Of a stretch of DNA of 64,000 bases, positions 28,327 to 36,845 are shown one piece after another (the stretch's first letter is position 1; each line of letters opens with the position of its first letter). Location: assembly GCA_965140415.1 (NCBI GenBank), contig OZ223209.1:5792001-5856000 (forward strand), in the 5' to 3' direction. The position numbers were made by a program, and so were the translations under genes. The notes below the pieces were generated by a model. The model searched no databases, had not been told where the DNA came from, and was given only the letters and a program-made list of their open reading frames with translations. Source of the DNA: Myxococcota bacterium (GTDB lineage Bacteria > Myxococcota_A > SURF-8).

Positions 28327-30060
28327 TCAGGCCGAGGTGCTTTCCAACCAGTAGTTGTAGTTGCTCATTTCCTGTGCCTGCAAGATGTAATAGGCATGCG
28401 CGGCGCTCTTTGCGTTGAAAAGCTGGTGCCGGATATTCGGGTCCGAACCCAAAGCACGCGCCAATGCGGCCAGCACCGCCAGGTGACGGTCGCGCTGATT
28501 GGGCGGAGTCGCCAGTAACACGATGCAATGCAGGGGAATGCCATCGGGTGTGGGAATGTCCATGCCTTCACGGCTTATCGCCATGGCTCCGATCATGCTG
28601 TCGCCATTTTCCAGTTCGCCATGCGGAATCGCCAAACCTGCGCCGATACAGGTGGAAATCTGCTCCTCGCGCTGCAATATCGAGGCCAGCAGTTCTTTTC
28701 TGTCTACATTCAAATGATTGGTTCGGATAAGGATGTCCGTCAGTTCGCGAATGGCTTCTTCCTTGCTGTCGGCCCTGAAGCCGGTCACGATATTCTCTTC
28801 ATGCAGAAAATCGATCAAGCGGGCCTTGTCCATGCCGTAATCACCCGAACGCACCAAGGCCATGCGTGTGAAAATCGGACCGATGATTTCGTTAAGCAGC
28901 ACCGAGGTCAACCCCACCGCCAGAATCAGGTTGGCGATTTCGCCGAACTGGGGATCGGCTTGGACCATCAGAATCAGACCGACCGCCACACCCGCCTGCG
29001 GGATCAGCGCCGGACCGAGGGTGCGCCGGATGCGACTGGGCGCTCCGGCTAAACGCATGGCCAACCAGGCCGCAACGATCTTCCCGGCCAGCCGCAACAC
29101 GACAACCAATATCGCAATAACACCACCGGCCAAAGCGACTCGCAGATCCAGTTCCATACCTGCCAGAGTGAAAAACACCGTTAAAATCGCACCTTCCAGG
29201 TTGGCAAAAACACCGTGACCGATCTCATCTTTTTCCGGTGTCAGGTTTTCAACCGCCACCCCAAGGAAAAGACAGGACAATAACAGCGAGACGCCCAGAT
29301 AGTCTGCCAGTCCGGCGGTGACGAGAATGGCGATAATCGAAGCAGTGGCCAGCCGGTCGGAACGTACAATCTTGCGCGTAGCCAGAATCAGCAGTAATCC
29401 CGCTCCAACACCCAATGCCGCCGAAAAAACCAGTTGATACAACGGCGCGGAAAAGACCCGCAGCAGGCCGCAATTCAAGCTTGGTTCCATGAAATTTCGC
29501 GCCGCCCGGTAGGCCAGTTCGAAAAGCAGGATACAAGCGATGTTGTTCAGCGCCACGGCGGCCATCAAGGTTTTTACGAACACGCCCTTGCTGCGGCTCT
29601 CCTTGACGATGCTGAAAATCGTGGCAGGGGCGGTGGAAATCGCCAACATTCCCAGCAATAACCCCAAACTCCAGTGCATATCCGGTACAAACAACATACC
29701 CAGAAATACAAACGCGGGAGTGATGGTCGCTTCCAGCGCAACGAGAATCAGCAGGCGCTTGGTGGCGTTTCGCAAACGACGAATGTTCAAGTGACTGCCT
29801 ACAGCGACCGCAATCAGCCCCAGTGCAAAATGGGTGATCGGCAGCAGGCCATCCAGCGTTTCCAGTGAAAACAAGCCCAGCAAAGAGGGGCCAAGAAGCA
29901 GACCTACCACGATCTGACCGGTGACGGCAGGCAGACGCAATCGCCCGGTCAGATTACCGAAAACGCTTCCGGCCAGCAGAACGATGGCCAGGGTCAGCAA
30001 TGGATTGGTTCCATGCAACATCCGGTGAACGTTTCCCCATGTTTTGAAATGAAAAGCCAA
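28327..30060 (-). CDS. Cation:proton antiporter with a C-terminal PTS EIIA domain
   Basis: Many TM helices with STAPAT, FFTLAG, PQAGVAVG; C-terminal REEQISTCIGAGLAIPHG EIIA motif. Start may be 30021. Confidence 0.88.
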   Translation of the reverse strand: MAFHFKTWGNVHRMLHGTNPLLTLAIVLLAGSVFGNLTGRLRLPAVTGQIVVGLLLGPSLLGLFSLETLDGLLPITHFALGLIAVAVGSHLNIRRLRNATKRLLILVALEATITPAFVFLGMLFVPDMHWSLGLLLGMLAISTAPATIFSIVKESRSKGVFVKTLMAAVALNNIACILLFELAYRAARNFMEPSLNCGLLRVFSAPLYQLVFSAALGVGAGLLLILATRKIVRSDRLATASIIAILVTAGLADYLGVSLLLSCLFLGVAVENLTPEKDEIGHGVFANLEGAILTVFFTLAGMELDLRVALAGGVIAILVVVLRLAGKIVAAWLAMRLAGAPSRIRRTLGPALIPQAGVAVGLILMVQADPQFGEIANLILAVGLTSVLLNEIIGPIFTRMALVRSGDYGMDKARLIDFLHEENIVTGFRADSKEEAIRELTDILIRTNHLNVDRKELLASILQREEQISTCIGAGLAIPHGELENGDSMIGAMAISREGMDIPTPDGIPLHCIVLLATPPNQRDRHLAVLAALARALGSDPNIRHQLFNAKSAAHAYYILQAQEMSNYNYWLESTSA

Positions 30061-30288
30061 ATTTTCGAACGTACCGGAACCGGTAAAATCCCTTCCCGAT
30101 TTCCGTTCGAATAATGCTATTATAGCGCCTCTTTCCGGCTTGGAACAGAAAAGGCGTCACAAAAAAGAAAATAGAGTATACTGGCAAGGCTTTTAAAAAA
30201 ATTGCAAGTATATCAAGCTTTTCTTGACGATCCGAGTGCAACATGCTAATGAGATCTGCCTACTAGCGCTAATCGAGGGAGTGTGGAA

Positions 30289-30576
30289 ATGACGAAATCA
30301 GAGTTGATAGAACAAGTTACGACCAAAATGGATCTGCCCAAAAGTCAGGCCGAGCAGGTCGTCAATCTGGTCTTCCAGTCCATGGCGGATACGCTGTCGC
30401 AAAAGGGTCGCATCGAGATCCGCGGCTTTGGAAGTTTTTCCAGCAAGCATTATCCTGCCTATCAGGGACGCAACCCGCGTACCGGCGAAGTCATCGACGT
30501 GCAGGAAAAATGGCTGCCGACCTTCAAAGCAGGTAAAGAGCTGCGCGAGCGCGTGGACAACGGCGAATTCAAATAA
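30289..30576 (+). CDS. ihfB: Integration host factor beta / HU family
   Basis: MTKSELI, RIEIRGFGSF, GRNPRTG, FKAGKELRERV. Confidence 0.85.
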   Translation: MTKSELIEQVTTKMDLPKSQAEQVVNLVFQSMADTLSQKGRIEIRGFGSFSSKHYPAYQGRNPRTGEVIDVQEKWLPTFKAGKELRERVDNGEFK

Positions 30577-30640
30577 TTCCCGACGCAGGTTCGATTCTCT
30601 TCCATTGACTGGATGAGCTTCCAGCAGATCGAGGCAGGTC

Positions 30641-31810
30641 ATGGGACTCATGAACAATGTGGTCAGCCTGAGCCAGTTTCAGGTCATCGGCCATCCGCCC
30701 AAAGACGACGTGGAAGCCTGGCTTGCAGATCGTCTGAGCAAATCCGCCTTTCAGCCGATAGACGACCTGATCAAGGAACAGTCCAGCGGCTGGGTTTGTC
30801 TGGACGATATGACCGACAACACCTTTGCGGAGGCACGCGCGTTTCTGCGGCCTCCCTACGTCTGCTTCAGCCTGCGCAAAGACGAGCGCAAGGTGCCCAA
30901 AAGCCTGTTGACGCAGCAGGTGGACGCCGCCTGCAAACGCTGGTTAAGCGAACATCCGGATTTCAAATTTGTACCCAAAGAGCTTAAAGGCGAATTCCGC
31001 GATATCGCTTTTCACAACCTGCTCAAAAAAAGCCTGCCGGTCCCCAGTACCTTCGATGTCGTATGGAATACCGATCTGGGTGTAGTCAGTGCGACCTCGC
31101 TGAACAACAAGGAACTGGACGCCTTCTGCAAGCTCTTCGAGCAAACTTTTACAGGAACCGGCCTGCTCGCGGTGCATCCATTCGCACGCGCCACAATGGT
31201 GCTCGATCCCAAGCATCATACACAACTGCAACGCCTGAACCAGGCAGGCAGCGACCATGTGATGGATCTGATCAACGAAAACCTCTGGATCGGAAACGAC
31301 TTTTTGCTTTGGCTGGTCTACAACACCTGCGAAAGCGATTCGCAGTACGCCGTGACACTGGATGGTCCTGCGATTCTGGGCGAACCCTTCGTCGCACATG
31401 TCGACAGCCGCGTGCTGGCCGCCGGTCAGGAAGGGGAAGCGGTGCAGCGCATCACCTTTGCCGGTCCCCAGGGCGATTTCAGCGAGGTGCGCTCGGCACT
31501 AAAGAGCAACATGCAGTTGCATGAGGCGATGATCTATTTCGAGAAAGACGACGACATCTACAAACTCACCTTAAAAGGCGACCTGTTCCGTTTTGCCTCC
31601 TTCTCGTGCCCGAAAGTCAAGATCGAGCGCGACGAAACCACCAACGAGATCGACGAACGCGAGGCGGTGTTCTACGAACGCATGCACCTGCTGCACACCG
31701 GCTTGCAGATGTTCGACAGCCTGTTCGCGGAATTTCTGGAGCTGCGCCTGTCCAAGAAATGGTCGGCGCTGGTTACGGATATCCAGCAATGGGCCGAAGC
31801 GGCCCGTTAG
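30641..31810 (+). CDS. RdgC-like recombination-associated protein (deltaproteobacterial type, two modules)
   Basis: FQPID...SGWV, FSLRKDERKVP, PVPSTFDVVWN, GNDFLLWL, FYERM. Confidence 0.65.
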   Translation: MGLMNNVVSLSQFQVIGHPPKDDVEAWLADRLSKSAFQPIDDLIKEQSSGWVCLDDMTDNTFAEARAFLRPPYVCFSLRKDERKVPKSLLTQQVDAACKRWLSEHPDFKFVPKELKGEFRDIAFHNLLKKSLPVPSTFDVVWNTDLGVVSATSLNNKELDAFCKLFEQTFTGTGLLAVHPFARATMVLDPKHHTQLQRLNQAGSDHVMDLINENLWIGNDFLLWLVYNTCESDSQYAVTLDGPAILGEPFVAHVDSRVLAAGQEGEAVQRITFAGPQGDFSEVRSALKSNMQLHEAMIYFEKDDDIYKLTLKGDLFRFASFSCPKVKIERDETTNEIDEREAVFYERMHLLHTGLQMFDSLFAEFLELRLSKKWSALVTDIQQWAEAAR

Positions 31811-31854
31811 AGCGATTCTTAATCATTTTTAGCGATATATGTTTTCTTGATTTC

Positions 31855-31922
31855 TGTAGCGGCGGAGCGTAAGCCCGCCGTTTTCAAAGTGTTTTTCGGC
31901 GGGCTTACGCTCCGCCGCTACA
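31855..31922. repeat. REPIN-like inverted doublet of GTAG-type REPs
   Basis: Perfect 26-bp inverted repeat TGTAGCGGCGGAGCGTAAGCCCGCCG / CGGCGGGCTTACGCTCCGCCGCTACA with a 16-nt spacer, between convergent genes. Confidence 0.85.
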
Positions 31923-31953
31923 AGAAGACATCGCTAATATCGTAAGGGATTAC

Positions 31954-31985
31954 GGTTGGAACATGACGGGAGCCATGCTCCAACC
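31954..31985. repeat. Intact copy of the REP-like palindrome hit by the IS4 element
   Basis: GGTTGGAACATGACGGGAGCCATGCTCCAACC; matches the reconstructed empty IS site and, in reverse, 6406-6436. Confidence 0.8.
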
Positions 31986-32011
31986 TATAGTGGTCCACAA
32001 AGAAACCTTTA

Positions 32012-33037
32012 TTATTTAGCTCCGCAGTAGCATGGAGCGGAACCGCAGAAAAGATCGCAATCTTCATCGACAGCACAGTCTTCATACAGTTCATAATCGT
32101 CGCTATCGTAGCAGGTTCCCTGCATTTCGCAGGTGGATGAGCAGAGGTCGTCGTCACTCTGGTTGCCATCGTCGCATTCTTCGACATCTTCGTACTTCGT
32201 GCCGTCTCCGCAAACAATGCAGATATCCATAACAGGCAGCGTACACTGGGAATCGTCGGTACAATCCGTTGCGCGGCCTTGAAGAGGTTTGTTCGTATAG
32301 CACATTTCGTTGATTGTTTCGCCGCACCAATTGGACCCGATCCCTGCACAAATGGCCAGGGGTGGGCAATCCCATTCGCTTTCGCATTTATGGAACGTTT
32401 CCCCATCGCAGGTCGCCGTGGCGGTCGTATCGCTGTAGCTGTTGTAGCCGCAGAGGTATCCAGTTGCATCATCGCGCGAAATGCAGAAACCCTGCACTTC
32501 AACGGTGGTGTTCTGACAATCGTCGTTCGTATAGCAGACATTCCCTGTTGCCGCACATTGACCCGCCACCAACTCGATTTCCTGTTCCAATTCAGCTTCC
32601 ATTTCCATATCGCCATCCGTCACATCGCCGTCAGTGCTGTCGCCATCGGGATTCGTGTCGCCGTCGGGATTCGTGTCACCGTCGGGATTGGTGTCGCCGT
32701 CGGGATTCGTGTCACCATCGGGATTGGTGTCACCGTCGGGGTTGGTGTCACCGTCGGGGTTGGTGTCACCGTCGGGATTCGTGTCACCGTCGGGATTCGT
32801 ATCACCGTCGGGATTGGTGTCACCATCAGACGAGGTGCAACCCGTGCAATCTCCCCAGCCAGTGCCATCGGCATTACAGGTTTGAACACCCTCTACGTCT
32901 GTTCCCGCACAGGGGCATTTTTGAACGACACCCGGATCGCAGACTTTTTCCGGGTCGGAAGAATCGCTGCAACCGGCAATCGAAGCAAACGCGAAAGTAG
33001 CTAGCAACAGGGTCAACAGGCAATGTGTAAGTTTCAT
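32012..33037 (-). CDS. Cys-rich lipoprotein with (DGDTNP)10 repeat and a myxobacterial-type Cys-rich repeat
   Basis: Lipobox IAG-C; CDPG..QKCPC..GVQTCNADGTGWGDC; CGDG...EECDDGN...CSSTC. Confidence 0.85.
   Translation of the reverse strand: MKLTHCLLTLLLATFAFASIAGCSDSSDPEKVCDPGVVQKCPCAGTDVEGVQTCNADGTGWGDCTGCTSSDGDTNPDGDTNPDGDTNPDGDTNPDGDTNPDGDTNPDGDTNPDGDTNPDGDTNPDGDTNPDGDSTDGDVTDGDMEMEAELEQEIELVAGQCAATGNVCYTNDDCQNTTVEVQGFCISRDDATGYLCGYNSYSDTTATATCDGETFHKCESEWDCPPLAICAGIGSNWCGETINEMCYTNKPLQGRATDCTDDSQCTLPVMDICIVCGDGTKYEDVEECDDGNQSDDDLCSSTCEMQGTCYDSDDYELYEDCAVDEDCDLFCGSAPCYCGAK
32648..32827 (-). repeat. 18-bp coding tandem repeat, 10 copies
   Basis: Ten units encoding DGDTNP, differing only at synonymous sites. 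Confidence 0.95.
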
Positions 33038-33297
33038 AATCGTGTCCTACCGTTTTTTGTTAAATGTCGAACTGACTGATATCACACTTGTATTCGGATG
33101 TCAAGCATCCTCAGACGAAACACCTTCGCCCCTCCATCCTCGTACAGATGTTCTTGTTTGACCGCATGAAGGAGGATTCATTCAATCAAAATTCGAAATA
33201 AGTGCAAAGGAGCAATGCACAACTCGATTACAGCATTGCAATCGGCCATAAAGAGCTTATGATAGAAGTAGGGACAATAACGCGACGGGAGACAATT

Positions 33298-33492
33298 ATG
33301 TGTGAATCTGCGGCCTATCTGAAAAAAGACGAGAAAGAAGAACTGTTGATGCAGTCGGTAGCCGTGGTACTTCCGACCGGAAAAGACAGCTTCGTTTTGC
33401 GCGGACTACTGGGAGACAGCGTCGAAGTGAAGGGACGCGTCAACGAAATCAACCTGATGTCGAACAAGATTATTTTTGTGCCGACAGACTGA
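33298..33492 (+). CDS. cooT: CooT-family nickel-binding protein
   Basis: MCESAAYL start, 64 aa, L.GLLGD..EVKGRV.EINL...KI pattern; GGGAG RBS; adjacent to cooC. Confidence 0.8.
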   Translation: MCESAAYLKKDEKEELLMQSVAVVLPTGKDSFVLRGLLGDSVEVKGRVNEINLMSNKIIFVPTD

Positions 33493-34252
33493 GAACTTTC
33501 TCGGCGATATCCCGTAAGGAATCCGGCACATCGTCGAGGTTTTCGAAGGGCCGTACGCCCTTGCGGTCGGCCTCGATAAACTCTTCCAGTTCCGGTACGA
33601 AACCCAGAAAATCAAATTCAGGCAGGGTCTCTTTGAGCAGATCGATGTCTTCCTGTCCGCGCACGCGATTTCCCAAAACCAGGAATTGCTTGATGCCGAT
33701 CTCCTGACCGAGCTGGCGGATGCGATGCGCCGCCATACGGCTGCGCGCGCCGGGATTGACCACAACCAGCAGGGCATCCACCGCGTGCGTGGTTGCTCGT
33801 CCCAAATGCTCGACACCCGCTTCCATATCCATCAGCGCGATCTCGTCGCGATACAGCACCACGTTGGTCATCAGCGCCTTCAACATCGCACTTTCAGGGC
33901 ACACACAACCCATGCCGCCACCATGAACCGTTCCCATGACCAACAGCTTAACGCCATCGCGTTCCTTGCTGAAGCGGTCGGGGATATCGTCTACCTTGGG
34001 ATTGAGTGTAAAGAATCCACCCATCGTTCCCTTTTGCGCACCCGTGCGTTCGGCGATCAGATCCGACAGTTCGGCAATCGGCGTGATCGGATCCTCCTCC
34101 GGAATACCCAGCCCCGCCGCCAGATTCGTGACTGGGTCCGCATCGATGGCGATGACCCGCTGTCCACCTTGGGCCAATAGACGCGCCAGAATCGCGGTCA
34201 TGGTCGTTTTGCCAACCCCACCTTTTCCGCCAATGGCCAGTTTCAAACTCAC
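33470..34252 (-). CDS. cooC: CO dehydrogenase/ACS nickel-insertion ATPase (CooC/AcsF)
   Basis: GKGGVGKTT, IDADP, GCVCP, DMEAGVEHLGR; GTG start at 34252 after GGAGG. Confidence 0.92.
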   Translation of the reverse strand: MSLKLAIGGKGGVGKTTMTAILARLLAQGGQRVIAIDADPVTNLAAGLGIPEEDPITPIAELSDLIAERTGAQKGTMGGFFTLNPKVDDIPDRFSKERDGVKLLVMGTVHGGGMGCVCPESAMLKALMTNVVLYRDEIALMDMEAGVEHLGRATTHAVDALLVVVNPGARSRMAAHRIRQLGQEIGIKQFLVLGNRVRGQEDIDLLKETLPEFDFLGFVPELEEFIEADRKGVRPFENLDDVPDSLRDIAEKVLSLSAQK

Positions 34253-34406
34253 GGTATCATCCTCCAGAGTAAATTCAGTAAAAGATCGTAAGGCGAATCC
34301 CGCTCGCATCCGACCGTTCCAGTGGATTAGAGCGGATGACTTCCGATTTTGTTCCCGGATTGATCCGACGAAGCCTCCCATGCCGCATTGCAAGCTGCAT
34401 AGATGA

Positions 34407-34460
34407 GAAAAAGGCGGCGGCGGTCGAACGCAAGAATATCACGTCCGTCACGCCGCCGCC
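34407..34460 (-). terminator. Extended hairpin terminator between acsE and cooC
   Basis: GGCGGCGGCG...CGCCGCCGCC arms followed by TTTTTC on the minus strand. Confidence 0.55.
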
Positions 34461-34523
34461 AATCGAAACAGAAAGGAAAACCACAGTTCGCGACGTATCG
34501 CGAAGTAGCTGGAATTCCTAAGC

Positions 34524-35411
34524 TTACAGCTCCAGCCAGGAATCTGAATAAAGCTGCTGGTTCGTCAGGATCTTCACGGTCTTGACGTAATCCTGCTGCT
34601 TCTTGTCCAGAGATCCCATATCGATGGATTCGCCGTTGTACGCCTTCATGACCAGCGCTTCCAGTTCGGGACGCTGCCCCTTGGCAATAGCGATAATCTC
34701 CTTGTCCAGACCATCCATGATCGCCGAAGTCATGCCGAGGTTTTTCAAGATGATAAGGTAGGTCTGGTTGATGATGTCGCGCAAATGCTCGGGCGAACCA
34801 TTGGACACATTGGACAAACCGCAGGTGCTGTTGCAACCGGGAGCGATCTCACCGATCATGGCGGTGAATTCGGTGCAACTGACAACCTGTTCCTGCTGGG
34901 AGGAAACCGGCACCACGACCGGGTCGAAGAACATGTCTTCAACGGCCAAACCGGCTTCCATGCCGTGATACAACAGTTCGGCGGCCAGTGCGCCACGCTC
35001 GTTGCTGTCACGCGGGATACCGTCGGTCGCATACATCAAAGCCACGAAACGGGCTTTGTATTCCGCTGCCAGCGGAAGCATCTTTTCCATGCGTTCCGGA
35101 ATGGCGGAAATCGAGTTGATCAGCGCCGGACCCGGTGTGGGATCGTAGGCTTTCAACGCAGCTTCCATCGCTTCCATGTTCATGGTGTCCAGACTCAAAG
35201 GAATGCTGACGGCGCTCTGCACCGTTTTGACAATCCATTCCATCAGTTCCGGGCCGCCCTTGCGTGCGAAACCGACGTTCAAGTCCAGAATGTCCGCGCC
35301 ATTGGCTTCCAGCGCTTTGGCCATCTTGATGATAGGCTCGGCGTTGCGTTCCTTCATCGCCGGTCCGAGTGATTTGGACATCACATTAATATTCTCGGCT
35401 ATGACGATCAT
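34524..35411 (-). CDS. acsE: Methyl-THF:corrinoid protein methyltransferase
   Basis: IAENIN, LDLNVG, LSLDT, INSIS, FFDP, GLSNVSNG (pterin-binding fold); lies in the acs operon. Confidence 0.92.
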   Translation of the reverse strand: MIVIAENINVMSKSLGPAMKERNAEPIIKMAKALEANGADILDLNVGFARKGGPELMEWIVKTVQSAVSIPLSLDTMNMEAMEAALKAYDPTPGPALINSISAIPERMEKMLPLAAEYKARFVALMYATDGIPRDSNERGALAAELLYHGMEAGLAVEDMFFDPVVVPVSSQQEQVVSCTEFTAMIGEIAPGCNSTCGLSNVSNGSPEHLRDIINQTYLIILKNLGMTSAIMDGLDKEIIAIAKGQRPELEALVMKAYNGESIDMGSLDKKQQDYVKTVKILTNQQLYSDSWLEL

Positions 35412-35464
35412 ATACCCTCCTCCTGAAAATGGGTCGATGCCGACATCCTCGGCAATTCATCAAA

Positions 35465-36820
35465 TCAACTCGCTTTTGCGAAATTCTGCTTCAAGAACGC
35501 CGGAATGTGCGCACTTTCACGCGGTCCGATCATCACATTCCAGTCCGAGCCGACTTCCTCTTCCACATCGCCACTGATAATGGCGGCGTAACCGGGTAAA
35601 ACCAGAGTCTTGGATTTGACCTTGTCGGCGATGCCGCACTTCTTCACCAGCGCACCGACGGTATCGCCAACGAACTTGCCGGCTGCCCAGGCGGTGAGAA
35701 CGGAGAGACCGTCGGTATCAAGTACCAACAACCAGGTCGGCACACGGCTCGCCTCGATCTCGCCGGAAACCACGAAGTAGGTCAGCGAGAAGTTCGCCGT
35801 CACCAGCACCGGAGAATCGGCGCCGGGACCGTTGATCTCGTAGATGCCTTCGTCGGTCTTCATGGGTCGTTGCGGATCGGTGTAGATATTCAACCGCTGC
35901 AACAACAACGGGAACAGGCTCTCGCCCTGAATGTCGGAAAGTACGATCAATCCTGCATACTTGGAGACGAGGATTCCCGCATAGGCCGTTTCCAGCATCG
36001 GGTCGTCGGTCATCTCGCAGGGGAAGGTGATCGTTGGGAAACCCAGCGGACGGAAAGTCTCGTTGATCGCCAGACGCCGAATGGCGATGTGGTCGAACAA
36101 CTGCTTTTTCAGCGAGCGGCTACCCGGATCGAGCACCAGATCTTTCAGACCAAGGTCGATCAGTTTCTGTGACAGATCGCTGACCTCTTCCAGGCTTTCA
36201 CCACGCACCGCCAGCGGACAGGCGTTGTCTTTGGCCAGATCGGCCATCTCTTCGTAATTGTCCGCATCCGCCGCATACAACAACGGCTTGCGATCCTTAA
36301 CGGACTCGATGACCTCTCCGAGCACGTCTTCGTCGGCCATCAGGATCATTCCCATCTGGGTGCTGTCCGCAACCAGTTTCACCAGCGCGCCGTATTTTTT
36401 GGCGTCGTCGGTGTTGCATTTGAGCGCTACGGCGTTGGCTTTGAGCATCAAGCCGACACGCTCGTATTTAAGCGTATTCAACCGTTCGATTTTGGCTTTT
36501 ACCTGCTTGACGTCTTCATCGTCGGCAACCAGAACGCAAAATCCGGGTTGATTGAAGAAGGTTTTTTCGTGGCGGTACAGTACCGTTTCACCGCCCACTG
36601 CGAATTTTTCCTCGCCCTCACCGACTTCAACCGTCCTAATGGGCGGTGCCGATTCGGCGTCCAAGGTGGCTTTCGCTTCATCTGAAACGTGCGGACAGGC
36701 GGAAAGTTCCGCCTTGCCCGCCGCCAGATTCATCGCGAAGGCCAGACACGTGGGAACTCCGCAGTCCCCACAGTTGGTTTTGGGTAGGAGCTTAAAAATC
36801 TGGATTCCAGAAAGTCCCAT
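35465..36820 (-). CDS. acsC: Corrinoid Fe-S protein large subunit
   Basis: LPKTNCGDCGVPTCLAFA...CP, GGETVLYRHEKTF, NIYTDPQ, GLSVLTAWAAGKF. Confidence 0.95.
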   Translation of the reverse strand: MGLSGIQIFKLLPKTNCGDCGVPTCLAFAMNLAAGKAELSACPHVSDEAKATLDAESAPPIRTVEVGEGEEKFAVGGETVLYRHEKTFFNQPGFCVLVADDEDVKQVKAKIERLNTLKYERVGLMLKANAVALKCNTDDAKKYGALVKLVADSTQMGMILMADEDVLGEVIESVKDRKPLLYAADADNYEEMADLAKDNACPLAVRGESLEEVSDLSQKLIDLGLKDLVLDPGSRSLKKQLFDHIAIRRLAINETFRPLGFPTITFPCEMTDDPMLETAYAGILVSKYAGLIVLSDIQGESLFPLLLQRLNIYTDPQRPMKTDEGIYEINGPGADSPVLVTANFSLTYFVVSGEIEASRVPTWLLVLDTDGLSVLTAWAAGKFVGDTVGALVKKCGIADKVKSKTLVLPGYAAIISGDVEEEVGSDWNVMIGPRESAHIPAFLKQNFAKAS

Positions 36821-36845
36821 ATATTCCTCCGCTCTATAGTCCGGA

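Noticed and set aside
32648-32827. Possible CRISPR array
   Set aside because: Contiguous 18-bp in-frame coding repeats with no spacers and no cas genes.
34253-34393. N-terminal extension of CooC in the ORF track
   Set aside because: GGAGG plus GTG at 34252 gives the canonical start just before the P-loop.
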